Of a stretch of DNA of 64,000 nucleotides, positions 49,509-62,352 are shown piece by piece; within the stretch, counting starts at the first letter, position 1, and every line of letters begins with the position of its first letter. The position numbers and the translations under genes were made by a program. Under the pieces are notes generated by a model. It searched no databases, was not told the DNA's origin, and worked only from the letters and a program-made list of their open reading frames with translations. Source of the DNA: Adineta vaga (taxonomy: Eukaryota > Animalia > Rotifera). The stretch lies in assembly GCA_021613535.1 (NCBI GenBank), contig CP075494.1, forward strand, positions 13,826,001 through 13,890,000. Direction: 5' to 3'.

Positions 49509-51050
49509 ATGGAACAGTATTTGAATTTAATCTGGAAGAATTATACTGCATCACTTTCTGAAAATTCAGATGATAATGCTTTTGATGAAAATGATGATAG
49601 TAAGACTTATAATATTTTTGTTCTTTTCTTATCATCTATTTATTCATTGTAGGTACAGATTTATTTGTTAATAATAATCTTCATTATAATGTCCCATTTT
49701 GGGTTGGTGTCGTCGTAATTACTGTTCTTGTGTTATGCGCAGTTATAGCTACAATTCGCTATTGCATTTACACTTTCTGTTCATCATCGATTGGTAAGTT
49801 TATTCGATGTTTTTTTTCTCTGGTAGTGCAACATAATCAACACTGTAGAGGAAATCTTTATACAAACAAATTCATCTTACATTTTGATGTTACCTTGACT
49901 CTTTCGAACAATCATCTCTTTTGTCTGTATATACTCTGAAGAATGAAATTGAATCAGACCTTTCAATTGATATTCATGTGTACAAGAGTATTGAATTACA
50001 TTTGGATAGAACAGTGTCTGTCCATTTGAAGACGATGAAAAAAAAATTTTAAGTTCTTACTAAATGAATGAATCTCTTTGATTTGATTTAGATGCAGAAA
50101 AATTAGTTTTAACACCACCAAGATCACCGAATTTTTCATCAAGTGTTGTCAATACCGATCAGCGTCGACGACGTCAAGTTCCTGATACAATTTCTCAGCA
50201 TTTATCTGATGAAACTGAACTCTCTTCATCTTCTCCTGAACAATGGCGAGATCAACGTTCAGATATATCAATTATACCAATTATTCGTCAGCAATATCCT
50301 TCTACACGACACCATCAAACTGAAATCGATATTGATAATATAAATAGAAATTATTTTTCATCGAACTATAACGAATCATCTCGAACGCCACGTAGTTTTC
50401 GTAAGAAAGTTCATGATATTTATGTTCTACCTGTATCACCATCTCTTTCATCATTATCATCATCAACAACAACAAATACTGATGATATGGTGAGAATTGG
50501 TTCGAGTACTATGCCTATACGATCTCGACGATACTTACAACCGAATCAAAATGATTCTCCACATTGTGGTGTAAAAAATGCCTGTTTTACGGATTCTCCG
50601 CAACTAAAGAATCGAACATTACCTCGATCACATAATGGAACTTTACGACGAATTCCAGCACCTTCTCAACCACCACCATTACCGCCAGCTGTCTCATTAC
50701 AATTTTCAAACACTCAGTCATCATCAATCGTATTGAATCCTGATACAATTGGTTTTCGTTTTGATAATCACGAAGAGAAACCAGTGACTAAAACTGCACC
50801 ACCTCCTGTACCCTCTCGATCACAAAAACCAACTATTCTACCCATTGGATTCGAAGAAATAATAAAACAATCAGAATCATCACCACAAGATGATCATTCT
50901 GAACATACATGGCCTAATCCACCTGAATCAATGACAACATCTCAAATAAGTGGACCATTATCGATACCATATGATCATCTGATACCAACTATCATAATGC
51001 ACCAATACCGCCCTAATGAACATTCAATATTAACCCAATCAGACCCTTAG
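49509..51050 (+). CDS. single-pass membrane protein with a long Pro/Ser-rich cytoplasmic tail (3 exons)
   Basis: MEQYLNL...|...VPFWVGVVVITVLVLCAVIATIRYC (TM)|... tail with PPPLPP and PPPVPSR SH3-type motifs. Confidence 0.65.
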
Positions 51051-51594
51051 GACAAAAGTTTTTGTATTTTTCTTTATATTTATCGTGCTTTGTTTTTGAA
51101 TGAATAACAATAATAAAAGAAATATTGAATATATCATCCGTTCTTTTTAATCTTTTCGGGCTAATCTTAGAAATGATTGTAATCATAACACATAATCAAC
51201 TTCTAGATGATCGATTCCGGTTATATAAACATCAATATTACAAAACATTCTGTTACATACAGAGTAATCTCTATTAAAACAAATCTACCCAATAAATATT
51301 CCGCACTTTCTAAGCAAAAGATTTATTCATATTAAACTGCGTATAACTCCAATTTTCTCAAATTGGATGCACTCAAAATATACGATAAGAAGAAAAAAAG
51401 AATGGTCATTTTTGTTTTAAATATAAATTCATCTTTCATCCATGTCATGTTTGATTATAATATTGTTTATGCCTTTGTAGTTGTTCATTTCAATGCGATG
51501 TTTTAGTGCACGAATAAGCAGTTTAATCGAGCGTTATTGATGTGATTTTCGTGGTAAGTGTCACATGTTTATCATAACAAAAAAGCAAAATGTT

Positions 51595-53317
<1,723 letters not shown>

Positions 53318-54231
53318 TACATTTCATACGATAAACATATAGACAACATCGAAAATGAGTTTTTTTCTTCTTCTATTATCTCATGTAAATGAACCACATC
53401 TGCTCACAATCGAATTTTCCCTCATTTTTTTAAAAAGAATAATCAGAAGTCAAAATCAATGATAGGCATATATTCCAACAAATTCCCCGAAGAAAAAAAA
53501 GCTAATAGACTTGTCAAACTAATTCGACTCTATAAGATTTCATAAAATCATTCTTTTTTTTTTGTACAAGAAAAAAAGAATCATTTACATTTACTTACGT
53601 TAATATATCTATTTACGAAAATATCCGTTATATCGTATTTGTTTCAAACGACTTGTTTATTGATCAAAAATAGGTAGATAAATCAAATGAAATCAAAACG
53701 TCGAATACTTGTCACTTTCATATATCGATTTCTTTTTCTCTTCTGTTTCTTCTTTATTTTATGATTTGATTCGAAACAAAAACAGATCATATTGACATAT
53801 GTACTCAATCGAGCTCTCGTCTATGTTCATCCAAAAGACATACGAATACGATTCAGCATTTAATCTAACACATAGAATTCCAAGATTTGTATTAATATAT
53901 TTCTATTAATTGATGATGATTACTGATTGGTAGATAAGTTTTCTCATTCGCCAATTATCGATCGATGTCGAATGAGAGAAAGAGAGAGAGAGAGAGCAAA
54001 AGAAAAGATAGTATCTTCTGATTCTTTCATCCATATCAAATCGATAGAATAGAATAACAACGTTTGCACATAGAAATATCCTCCAAATGTCCATCAAAAG
54101 AAAGATAGATATGCATACACCTTTATATAAAATAATGCTATAGATAAGAGAATATGTTTTATTGGATGATAGAAACTCAGTTCAATTGTAAAAAAGAATA
54201 AGAAATTCTTTGTAGTAGAAAAACGAAATCA

Positions 54232-56260
54232 TCATTTCTCTGCAGCAGGCATATGAACAATAGCAACGGCAAATGCACTTAATGCGATTTGATCGGATGT
54301 TAATGTTACTTCAGCAGGAGGTCCAAAACCTGATGCTTCATTAATAATTTGCATTCGACCATTAGTACAGTTTGGTAACGTTACATTGATATTAGCATAT
54401 CGTTTATTAACAATTAAAACCCATCGACTAGAATTTGTGCCAATAAATGCTTGACTAAAAATATTTTGATCGCCGACATCCGTTGTTTGTGTTACGACTG
54501 CTTGATCATTATCAATATCAACTGTATCAATCAATAATTTTGATGTCCAATATTTTGCTGTTCCATCACCTGTTGTCCAATTAAGTAATGCAACACTAGG
54601 ATATTGTGGTTCAAGTTGAAGATTAGGTAATTGTGGATAACCTATATATGAAATCGAAAGTAAATTTTCAAATATTTATTTAAGAAAAAATACAAACCAA
54701 CAAGTTGACTATGTCCAACAACATCAATGCCTTGTCGTGATAATTTCCCCCACGAATATGCATAGAGTGCTGCAGCAGCATTCCAATAGATCAATGGAAA
54801 AAGTGGTGCATTCGGATTGTTATCATCAGGAAGAATAACACCTAATTCATCAATTGTTGTTCGTGTTTGCGGTGAAAGACTTTTTCTAATTTGTTCGATT
54901 TGTTCAACTTCAATTGTAAATTTATCAAGTTGAGGAAAGAATAATTCCCAACTAACTGGATCTACACGTGAAACTCCAATTGCATAGAAATGATATGAAA
55001 TCATATCAATTGGAATATCTGGTGCATGATTCGAATGATTTAAAAAGTATTTATAATATTCAAATTCATTATGATCTATAAGATTCAAAATAAATAAAGA
55101 AAATCTTTTGTATGAAAGAAGAAGAAGAAGAAGAAGGTTTACTTTCTAATGCCATACCAACATATTTCATATCATAATTATTTGTATGTCTTCGAATACC
55201 TTGAATAACGGCATCGTATGCTCGTGTATAATATTCAATACTCATTTGATGTTCACCTTCAATTTCATTGAATATTTCCGTATAATCCCAATTATAATTA
55301 TAACCCGAATTATGTTTCAAACCATATTCATCAATAAAACCACTTCGTGTATACCAAGCAACTAAACGACCATAATAATCACCTAATGCTTGCATTGAGT
55401 CATCAACAAGTTTTGTTCCAACACTATAACTCCAATCAACATGTGTAGCATTATCCGGATAGATATGTGGTGTATCGAGTTGAAAAAGCCAATTAGGTTG
55501 AGTCGAGAATGAAATAATACGTGAATGACCATCGGTAGCAGTAAGAAAATCTTCTAACATTGGATCAATATATGTAAAATTCCAATATGTATTATTTTGG
55601 GCGGGATTACATTGAATTTGTACTAATAAGCGTTTCACTGTTCCTACACCTGAAATGTATTGTAGAAAAACAATTTAGTATTTTGAAATAAGATTTACAA
55701 GGATCTCCGAAAATATCCGTCGTTGCTGGAATATCGCATGTCTTTTGCCCAACGCAGATTCGTTGAACGATAGATGAACTGTCTACTGCATGGCATGCTC
55801 CTTGTTTCATTTGACCACAAGCACCAGCAGCTGTTCCAAATGAAGCAAAATCAACTTGACTTATAACACCACCATTTCGTTCGCAAGACAAATGTATAGT
55901 ATAACCTTCTCCAACATTTCTACATTGTAATGAACCTGATGGAGGATCAAGTTCAGCTACTGCTAATTTTGGATAAGGAAACCAGACAGCATAGCGAGCG
56001 TATTCAGCATTAAGTTGCTTTAAATTAGCAAATATTTGTTTGCTTACAGGAGAAAATTGACGAGATACAAGAGGATTTGTTACAAGTTGAAGAGAAGGAA
56101 TCGTACGAAGATTATAATCATGTGTTCCCCAACTTACTTCAATTGTAATGGAATCATTATTATTAAGGTCTTTGCCAGTTTTCGATATGGATAACAAACG
56201 AACAGATTCAAATGTTATACAACAGACAAAGACTACTAACCATCTTCTACTGATATTCAT
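54232..56260 (-). CDS. secreted clan GH-A glycoside hydrolase (GH39-related) with an inserted SUEL/galactose-binding lectin domain
   Basis: Signal peptide; RYAVWFPYPKLAVAELDPP; lectin ISQVDFASFGT...CG...CHA...CVGQKTC...FGDPC...KRLLVQIQC; WNFTYIDP; IFNE (acid/base), ISYHFY, IDELG (nucleophile); 3 introns. Confidence 0.8.
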
Positions 56261-56744
56261 GATTACAAGTGATATCAGACAACGACGAGTATCTATATCT
56301 TCAAGATAAAATTACAACAAAAAAGATCTACACACGAAGGCAAAACGAAAAGAAAAAAGGCGTTTTTAGAAAAATGGCGTCGTGTACTTAGAAAGATAGT
56401 TTTAACGGGTAAAAAAGTTTTTTTTAAATCAAACAAAGAAACGTTAAAAACATCGTTTTTACGCGTTCAGAAGCACACGCTACAACGTGTAAAAATGCAA
56501 CAAAAGAACGCCATCTTTGTCAATAAACGCGCATTTTCCCATCCTTTTTACTGTCAGGGGTTGCCATAGCACGGTAAATAAATCGAAATTTTGATAAAAT
56601 CTGGAATATGAAACAAATATTCTTCTTATTGTTTGATATAAACTTCAATTTCATGACTATAATAATTCGTTTTGTTTTATTTTTACTAAAAAAAAAATCA
56701 CAATTCAAAAATCACAGTTCTTCTTCTCTTTTCAGTCCAGTTAT

Positions 56745-58467
56745 CTAAAGTTTAAATACACTGATTGATTGTTCAATGCCATTGTAAATCAAAGTATTAT
56801 TCATTGGAACATATTGATGGGTAATTAATTTGATTGCCTCTTGTGCACAACAACCACCGATAAAAGCAGCAATGGAATGAATTTCAGATGCACCATAACG
56901 ACATAATTCTTCAAGAGTTGATTGAATGTTTTCATGAGTACAAGTCTCAATAGATCGTTGTTTATGAATTCGTTTTAAATCATCAAAATCAGTACGGAAT
57001 TGTTCATCATCCGAAAGATGTTCACCAGGATAGCGATTATATTTTTCATAGAATAAATCACAAAACTGCAGGCCAATATACCTTAAAAAGAAACAAATTA
57101 GATTTGTTTATGAAATCAATGAAAAGAAAATTTCATTACCAAGATAAGTTGGAATCTGTTTCTTCTGGTTTGAAATCATCTTGTTTCTTCAATGCAGATG
57201 TTCGTAATACTTGTAAAAATGCAGCATTTTTACAATAGATTTGAACGAGATGATGTAAATTCATACAACCATTTGAGGGACATCTATATTTCTCTAATAA
57301 ATCATTTAGATAATTATAAACAATTTCACAATCTTTTTTCGCTTGTTTTTGATATATTTCTACTAATTTAACATATGAATTCGTATTTGTTATCATATCA
57401 GGTACTTCTCCACGAACCGGTAGTAAACCTTGTCCTTCATTTTCAATGAATTGTTTCAAAGCATGTATTATAAACCAAAAGATGTGTGATTGATCGGTTA
57501 ATTCTAAACATGATTGATCTTGAAATAGATTTTTCATTGTCAATGGAAGATTTGTACTGACAAGACGTGATGGAATAGTTCGTTTAGCTTCTTCGAAATT
57601 TTCTAAAGATTTATTTTGATCTTGAGTATCATAGGCCGAATGATGCGATAGTTGTTCAAGAATTTTTTTAAATTCCTCTTTTTCGGCACGTGTACGAGGT
57701 AAATCAGTTCGATTGTATTGTTTTTGCCAAAGTTGTAAAGTTTTGTATAAGATTATCAATGATGGCAGATGTAAATGTTCTTCTCGTGTCAGCAAATCAA
57801 AATCAATTGAATTGCAATGATTAATCAATTCTGGTAGTGGTCGATCAAGACGAAGATCGGGTATAGTATCATCAGGATGAGCTTCGATAACATAATGTTC
57901 ATATACTTGAAGACGAATCATACCAATAAAACTATGGAAAAGATATTTATCTACAGACGAAAACACTTTGGTTTTGATTTACTGATCTTACCCATAACTA
58001 CGTGCGATAAGTAAAGGTGTTTTAAGTGTCCATAAATGACTAGCAAGAATAGATAATGTATTGAATGAAAGATTAGCAGTGATGACAACATTAAATGGAC
58101 TAAAATCAAATGTATTTTGTTTAAGTAAATCATCAATCGATGGTTTATCGATATATGCACCATGAACATCAGGATTAAGTTGACTAAGTAATTCACAAGT
58201 AACACGAGCACGTGGCTGATCAATCATAGATGGATGAACAAAAAAATTCGAACCACAATCAGCTAATGTTACTAATTGATGATCAATAATTGTAAATGAA
58301 CCAAGACCTGGTAGAACAAGTGCTTTGAGAATCTCTGTTCCCAATGCATTTGCACCGATTAAACAAACACGACCAGATTCCAATGCCTTCTGTCCATGAT
58401 CACCCCAAAGACGAAGTTGACGATCATATTGAATCTGTTTCGTATTAGGTACTGACGTTATACTCAT
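56745..58467 (-). CDS. NAE1: NEDD8-activating enzyme E1 regulatory subunit (APPBP1)
   Basis: YDRQLRLWGDHGQ, GTEILKALVLPGLGSFTIID, IEAHPD...DLRLDRP, ENFEEA, LPVRGEVPDM, RYGASEIHSIAAFIGGCCAQEAIKLITHQYVP. Confidence 0.95.
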
Positions 58468-58603
58468 TAAACTCTGAAAACAAAATGTAGAATGAAAGGT
58501 AATATTCATCATATTTATTCATCTATTGAATATTTAAACGACTAGAGAAAAGAGAATGTATCACGTCGAGAACAATGATATCTGACAAAACATATAGATA
58601 TGT

Positions 58604-58624
58604 ACATATATATATATATATATA
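58604..58624. repeat. (TA)n microsatellite
   Basis: atatatatatatatatata. Confidence 0.75.
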
Positions 58625-58649
58625 AAACAAGAGAAGATTGAAGAAGGTT

Positions 58650-59416
58650 TTAATCACTATCTTCATCATCATAGTTAACGCCAGAAGCAGCTTTACGACG
58701 TTTAAGTGTTGGATTAATTAAACTCATTTGTGTACGTTCCGAAACATTATTTATATTGCCTTTTTGACCATTTGAATCCAATGATTTATTGCCATCAAAA
58801 CTTCGATTTCCACCACTTAATCTTGATTGTGCACGTTGTGTTTTTGTTGATAATTCCTTAATACGCAATTGTTGTGTTTTCACTTCCGATGTTAATTGTT
58901 CATTACGTTTACAAACATGTAAAAGAATTTTACTTAAAAATAATGCTTTTTCATTTTCATCAATATGTTCATAGAGTTGAAGAGTAATTGATTGTTTATT
59001 TTTTGGATGTGTAAATGTAACATTGACTTGAGATACTTCATATTGATCATCACTATTCGTTGATGCCGATTTAGCAAGTGTAAAATCTGATTCATTGATT
59101 CGTTCGGAAAGAAATGTCATTGTTTCACCTAATTCTGTTATATCTAAAAGTCGAGCATTCAATTGAAATGCACGTTCATCTAGCGATGTGGACCATATTG
59201 TTACCGAGTCAGGTTTATCTAAGCATGCGATTAACTAAAGGAATCGATTGAATTTAAATGAAAATTTAACAAAAATTTTACTTGTAATTTTTTTGTTTTT
59301 ATATCAATAAATGAAGCAAATATAATATCATCACTACGTGAACCGACTTTAAATGGTTTTCGACAAACAGAATAATCAAGATTTGATTTACGAAGTAATT
59401 CAACGAATGCAGACAT
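58650..59416 (-). CDS. PAXX: PAXX (XRCC4/XLF paralog, Ku-binding NHEJ factor), 2 exons
   Basis: Exons 59416-59282 and ~59234-58650 join in frame; head domain with TIWST, coiled coil, C-terminal SLINPTLKRRKAASGVNYDD matching human SLINPGFKSKKPAGGVDFDE. Confidence 0.78.
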
Positions 59417-59453
59417 TTAGAAACAATTTATTATCTAGAATAAATAAAAAAAT

Positions 59454-60921
59454 TCACAGATGACATGAAAAATCGTTCGAATATGTTTTTTGTTCAAGAT
59501 TATGAATAGTTAAAATTGGTACATTAAAAACACGAGCAAATGGTACAATATTTCCATTTGGATTATGAACTTTGGAAGAATTATGATCTTCAATAATAGC
59601 AAAGATAATACATTTAAATGCATGAGAATATTTCGAGTAAATCACTTCTTGAAATAGTTTTGCTAAGAAAAGATATAAAAGAAAAAGATCGTTATAAGAT
59701 ACAAATTACGAATGTCTCACCGATATGTTTAGGTGGATTTCGAAAAGCACCACTAAAATATACATATTTAAAGAATAGTTTTCTTACGATTCTTTTTGGT
59801 AACTTACCATCCGAGTGCTGATAGAATAACAATGTCATGATTATTATCTAATGCAATTTTTAAAATACTTTCCATTTTTTTCTTTGTATTGTATATAACA
59901 TCTTCACCGTAGAGTTCCAATTCTCCATCTATATTTCTTACCGTATATGGATGAGAATAAGCAGCACATGCAATAAAGGATACATATTCGGGACCATCAG
60001 GAAAGAATGGATAACCAGCAGATTCTGAACCACGAAAAACACTTACATCTGGTGAATAGATACCACCAAACTAATCCAGAAATGTACGAAATAATGTTAT
60101 GAATGAATATATATGTATATAGGTAAACTTACCTCTGGTATTGGATAACTCCAATTTCGTCTACCATCCAGTTGCCGATAAGAATCTTCAAGGCATTGAA
60201 ATAAATTTGTACGACGATGAAGATTTTCTTCTTGAGCACCACAACCTTAAGAAGAAATATTTATCAATAAGTTAATTTCCATAAAGATAAAGTAACAAAC
60301 CATCTCGCCAACCTCCACCAGGAGAAAAAGCGTTAGCCATATTGAGTACTAGTGGATTGCAATTTGGATATTTCTTTTTCAAACTTAGAAAAGTATCAAG
60401 ACAATCACCATCGACAACACAAATTTCAGTTGGTTGATTATATAAACGTTGCTGTCGTACTATATCATATTCATGATCATCAGAATATAGTTTCGTATTT
60501 TCCGCAGCACGATCCATGCGATCTGCATCTAATGGTATTTTAGTTCCATCAGGTAATCGATAGAAACTATACAAATAAAACAAATGCATCTTTGATTGGT
60601 TTTCTCTTAATCAAACCTATTGCATACAGCATTGATTGTTTGTATTTGTATGAATTTTCTCATCCAACGTCGTGTTTCTGGACGAGTACTATCAGATTGC
60701 CAAACGGATGCAAATTTTTTATCATCATGCAAATATTCAAGTGCTAATTTTTTAGTCATATCAATTGATTTCAAACGTTCAAGTATATTAATTGGAAAAG
60801 TTGAATTCTGTGGATCACTAACTGATGATGGAATTTGAAAATCAAATGGTGCATCACGTATAGAATCTCCTTTGAATTGATTTAGACGTTTAGTAATCGA
60901 CGTTGTTCCCATACTCATCAT
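59454..60921 (-). CDS. bacterial/fungal-type poly(ADP-ribose) glycohydrolase (TIGR02452/DUF2263 macrodomain), 5 introns
   Basis: VVDGDCL, VLNMANAFSPGGGWRDG|CGAQEENLHRRTNL (GGG-x-QEE catalytic loop), IYSPDVSVFR, FIACAA, ILSALG|CGAFRNPP, IIFAI. Confidence 0.88.
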
Positions 60922-61522
60922 ACTCAACTCATTGTTACTACCGACCGAATTTTATTTCCTTTCTTTAGTCTTTGTTTTAAAAATGACTTATCCTTTATCC
61001 TTCTGATTGAATGTACCTTCACGCAATTGTATAACAGAATAGAGGGCGCACAATCACTATTTGAATAATAAGAGAGAAAAAAACTTCTTCTGCTCATCAG
61101 ACTTTGATTGTATAGTATTTCTAATTGAGTTGATGACGTCAATACTATATTTGTTGCCAAAGATCATAGAAACAATATTAACCGGATATCAGAATCAATA
61201 TGCATATCACACGTTTATTTCTAATGAAGAGGAACAATAGACTGAAGAATTGCGATAAGATGAATAGAAGAACTTCATTTGATGAACTATTGTGAATAGC
61301 AAAAAGCAATAAAGAGAAATTTAATCAGTATAGAAACTACATTGGAAAGTATTGTTTCATAATCAATAAACAATTGATATAAACGTGAAAAGAAATCTAC
61401 ACCCACGATATTAACAATTAAGATAGATACATATATATATAGAAATAGGACGAGACAAATTGCTTACATTTCATCATAAAATTTTTTAGAAATACTTAGA
61501 TATCCTTCTATTTTTCATCATC

Positions 61523-62001
61523 ATGAAATTTTCAACAGGTATAGAAAATCAAAAACTTCTCTATCTCATTTAATCTTCATTGATATTTACAGGTATCAGC
61601 ATTGCAACTGTTCTCTTTGGTATGTACATTCGTTTTTCTTTTTCTTCTAATATTGTTTATTCTTATTTGATCTCCTAGTTTGTTTTGTTTGTATTAACTC
61701 GAAACCAACTGATGTTGATCAATTAAATGAACATCAAATTCTTGATAGTCTCTATCCGACTATCGTATTCAGTGATGATATTGTTGAACGAGCAGCTCCA
61801 CGTCTTGGCCGTGCTTCACCTCGACTTGGACGTGCATCACCCCGTCTTGGTCGACATGCTCCAACTTATGTTCTTTCACGTTTAAATCATGCTGGTCGAT
61901 ATTATATCGGAGATGAAGATGGAGCGAGTGATTATGCTCTTGAACTTGATTCATCCATCAATGAAAAACGAGCAGCACCACGATTGGGTCGTTCGGTTTA
62001 A
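61523..62001 (+). CDS. neuropeptide precursor encoding AAPRLamide x2 and ASPRLamide x2
   Basis: Spliced signal peptide MKFST|GISIATVLF|VCFVCINS, acidic spacer, R-AAPRLG-R-ASPRLG-R-ASPRLG-R ... KR-AAPRLG-R-SV*; absent from the ORF track. Confidence 0.88.
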
Positions 62002-62352
62002 ATTTGTTCACAAACAACAAACTAACTTGATTTATACATATATTCTAATACTTCTTCGTAAATTTGAGAACAATTTCGAGAAAAGATACGCGAATTCTCA
62101 AAATATTAGAAAATAAAAATAAAAAGTGTTCGTGCCATTCTTTTTGAATCTATCCTTGATTATTAATAAATGACTCACAATATAATTACAAAATATTCAT
62201 CAATGATTGTTTTTTCTTGTTAAATATATATATATATATTTCTAGATTTCGTACACTAATGAAAAGTATATCAAGCAGAAAAAGAAAAGAGAATAGCATC
62301 TGCATTTCCGGAAATACTCGATTTGTGATTTGAAAGAACGAATAAAGTTATG

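Noticed and set aside
59417-59453. PARG-PAXX fusion protein through the acceptor at 59435
   Set aside because: An in-frame TAA lies immediately before the PAXX ATG, and PARG has its own stop
61769-62116. ORF-track entries 61769-61954 (-) and 61889-62116 (+)
   Set aside because: Shadow frames of the spliced neuropeptide gene
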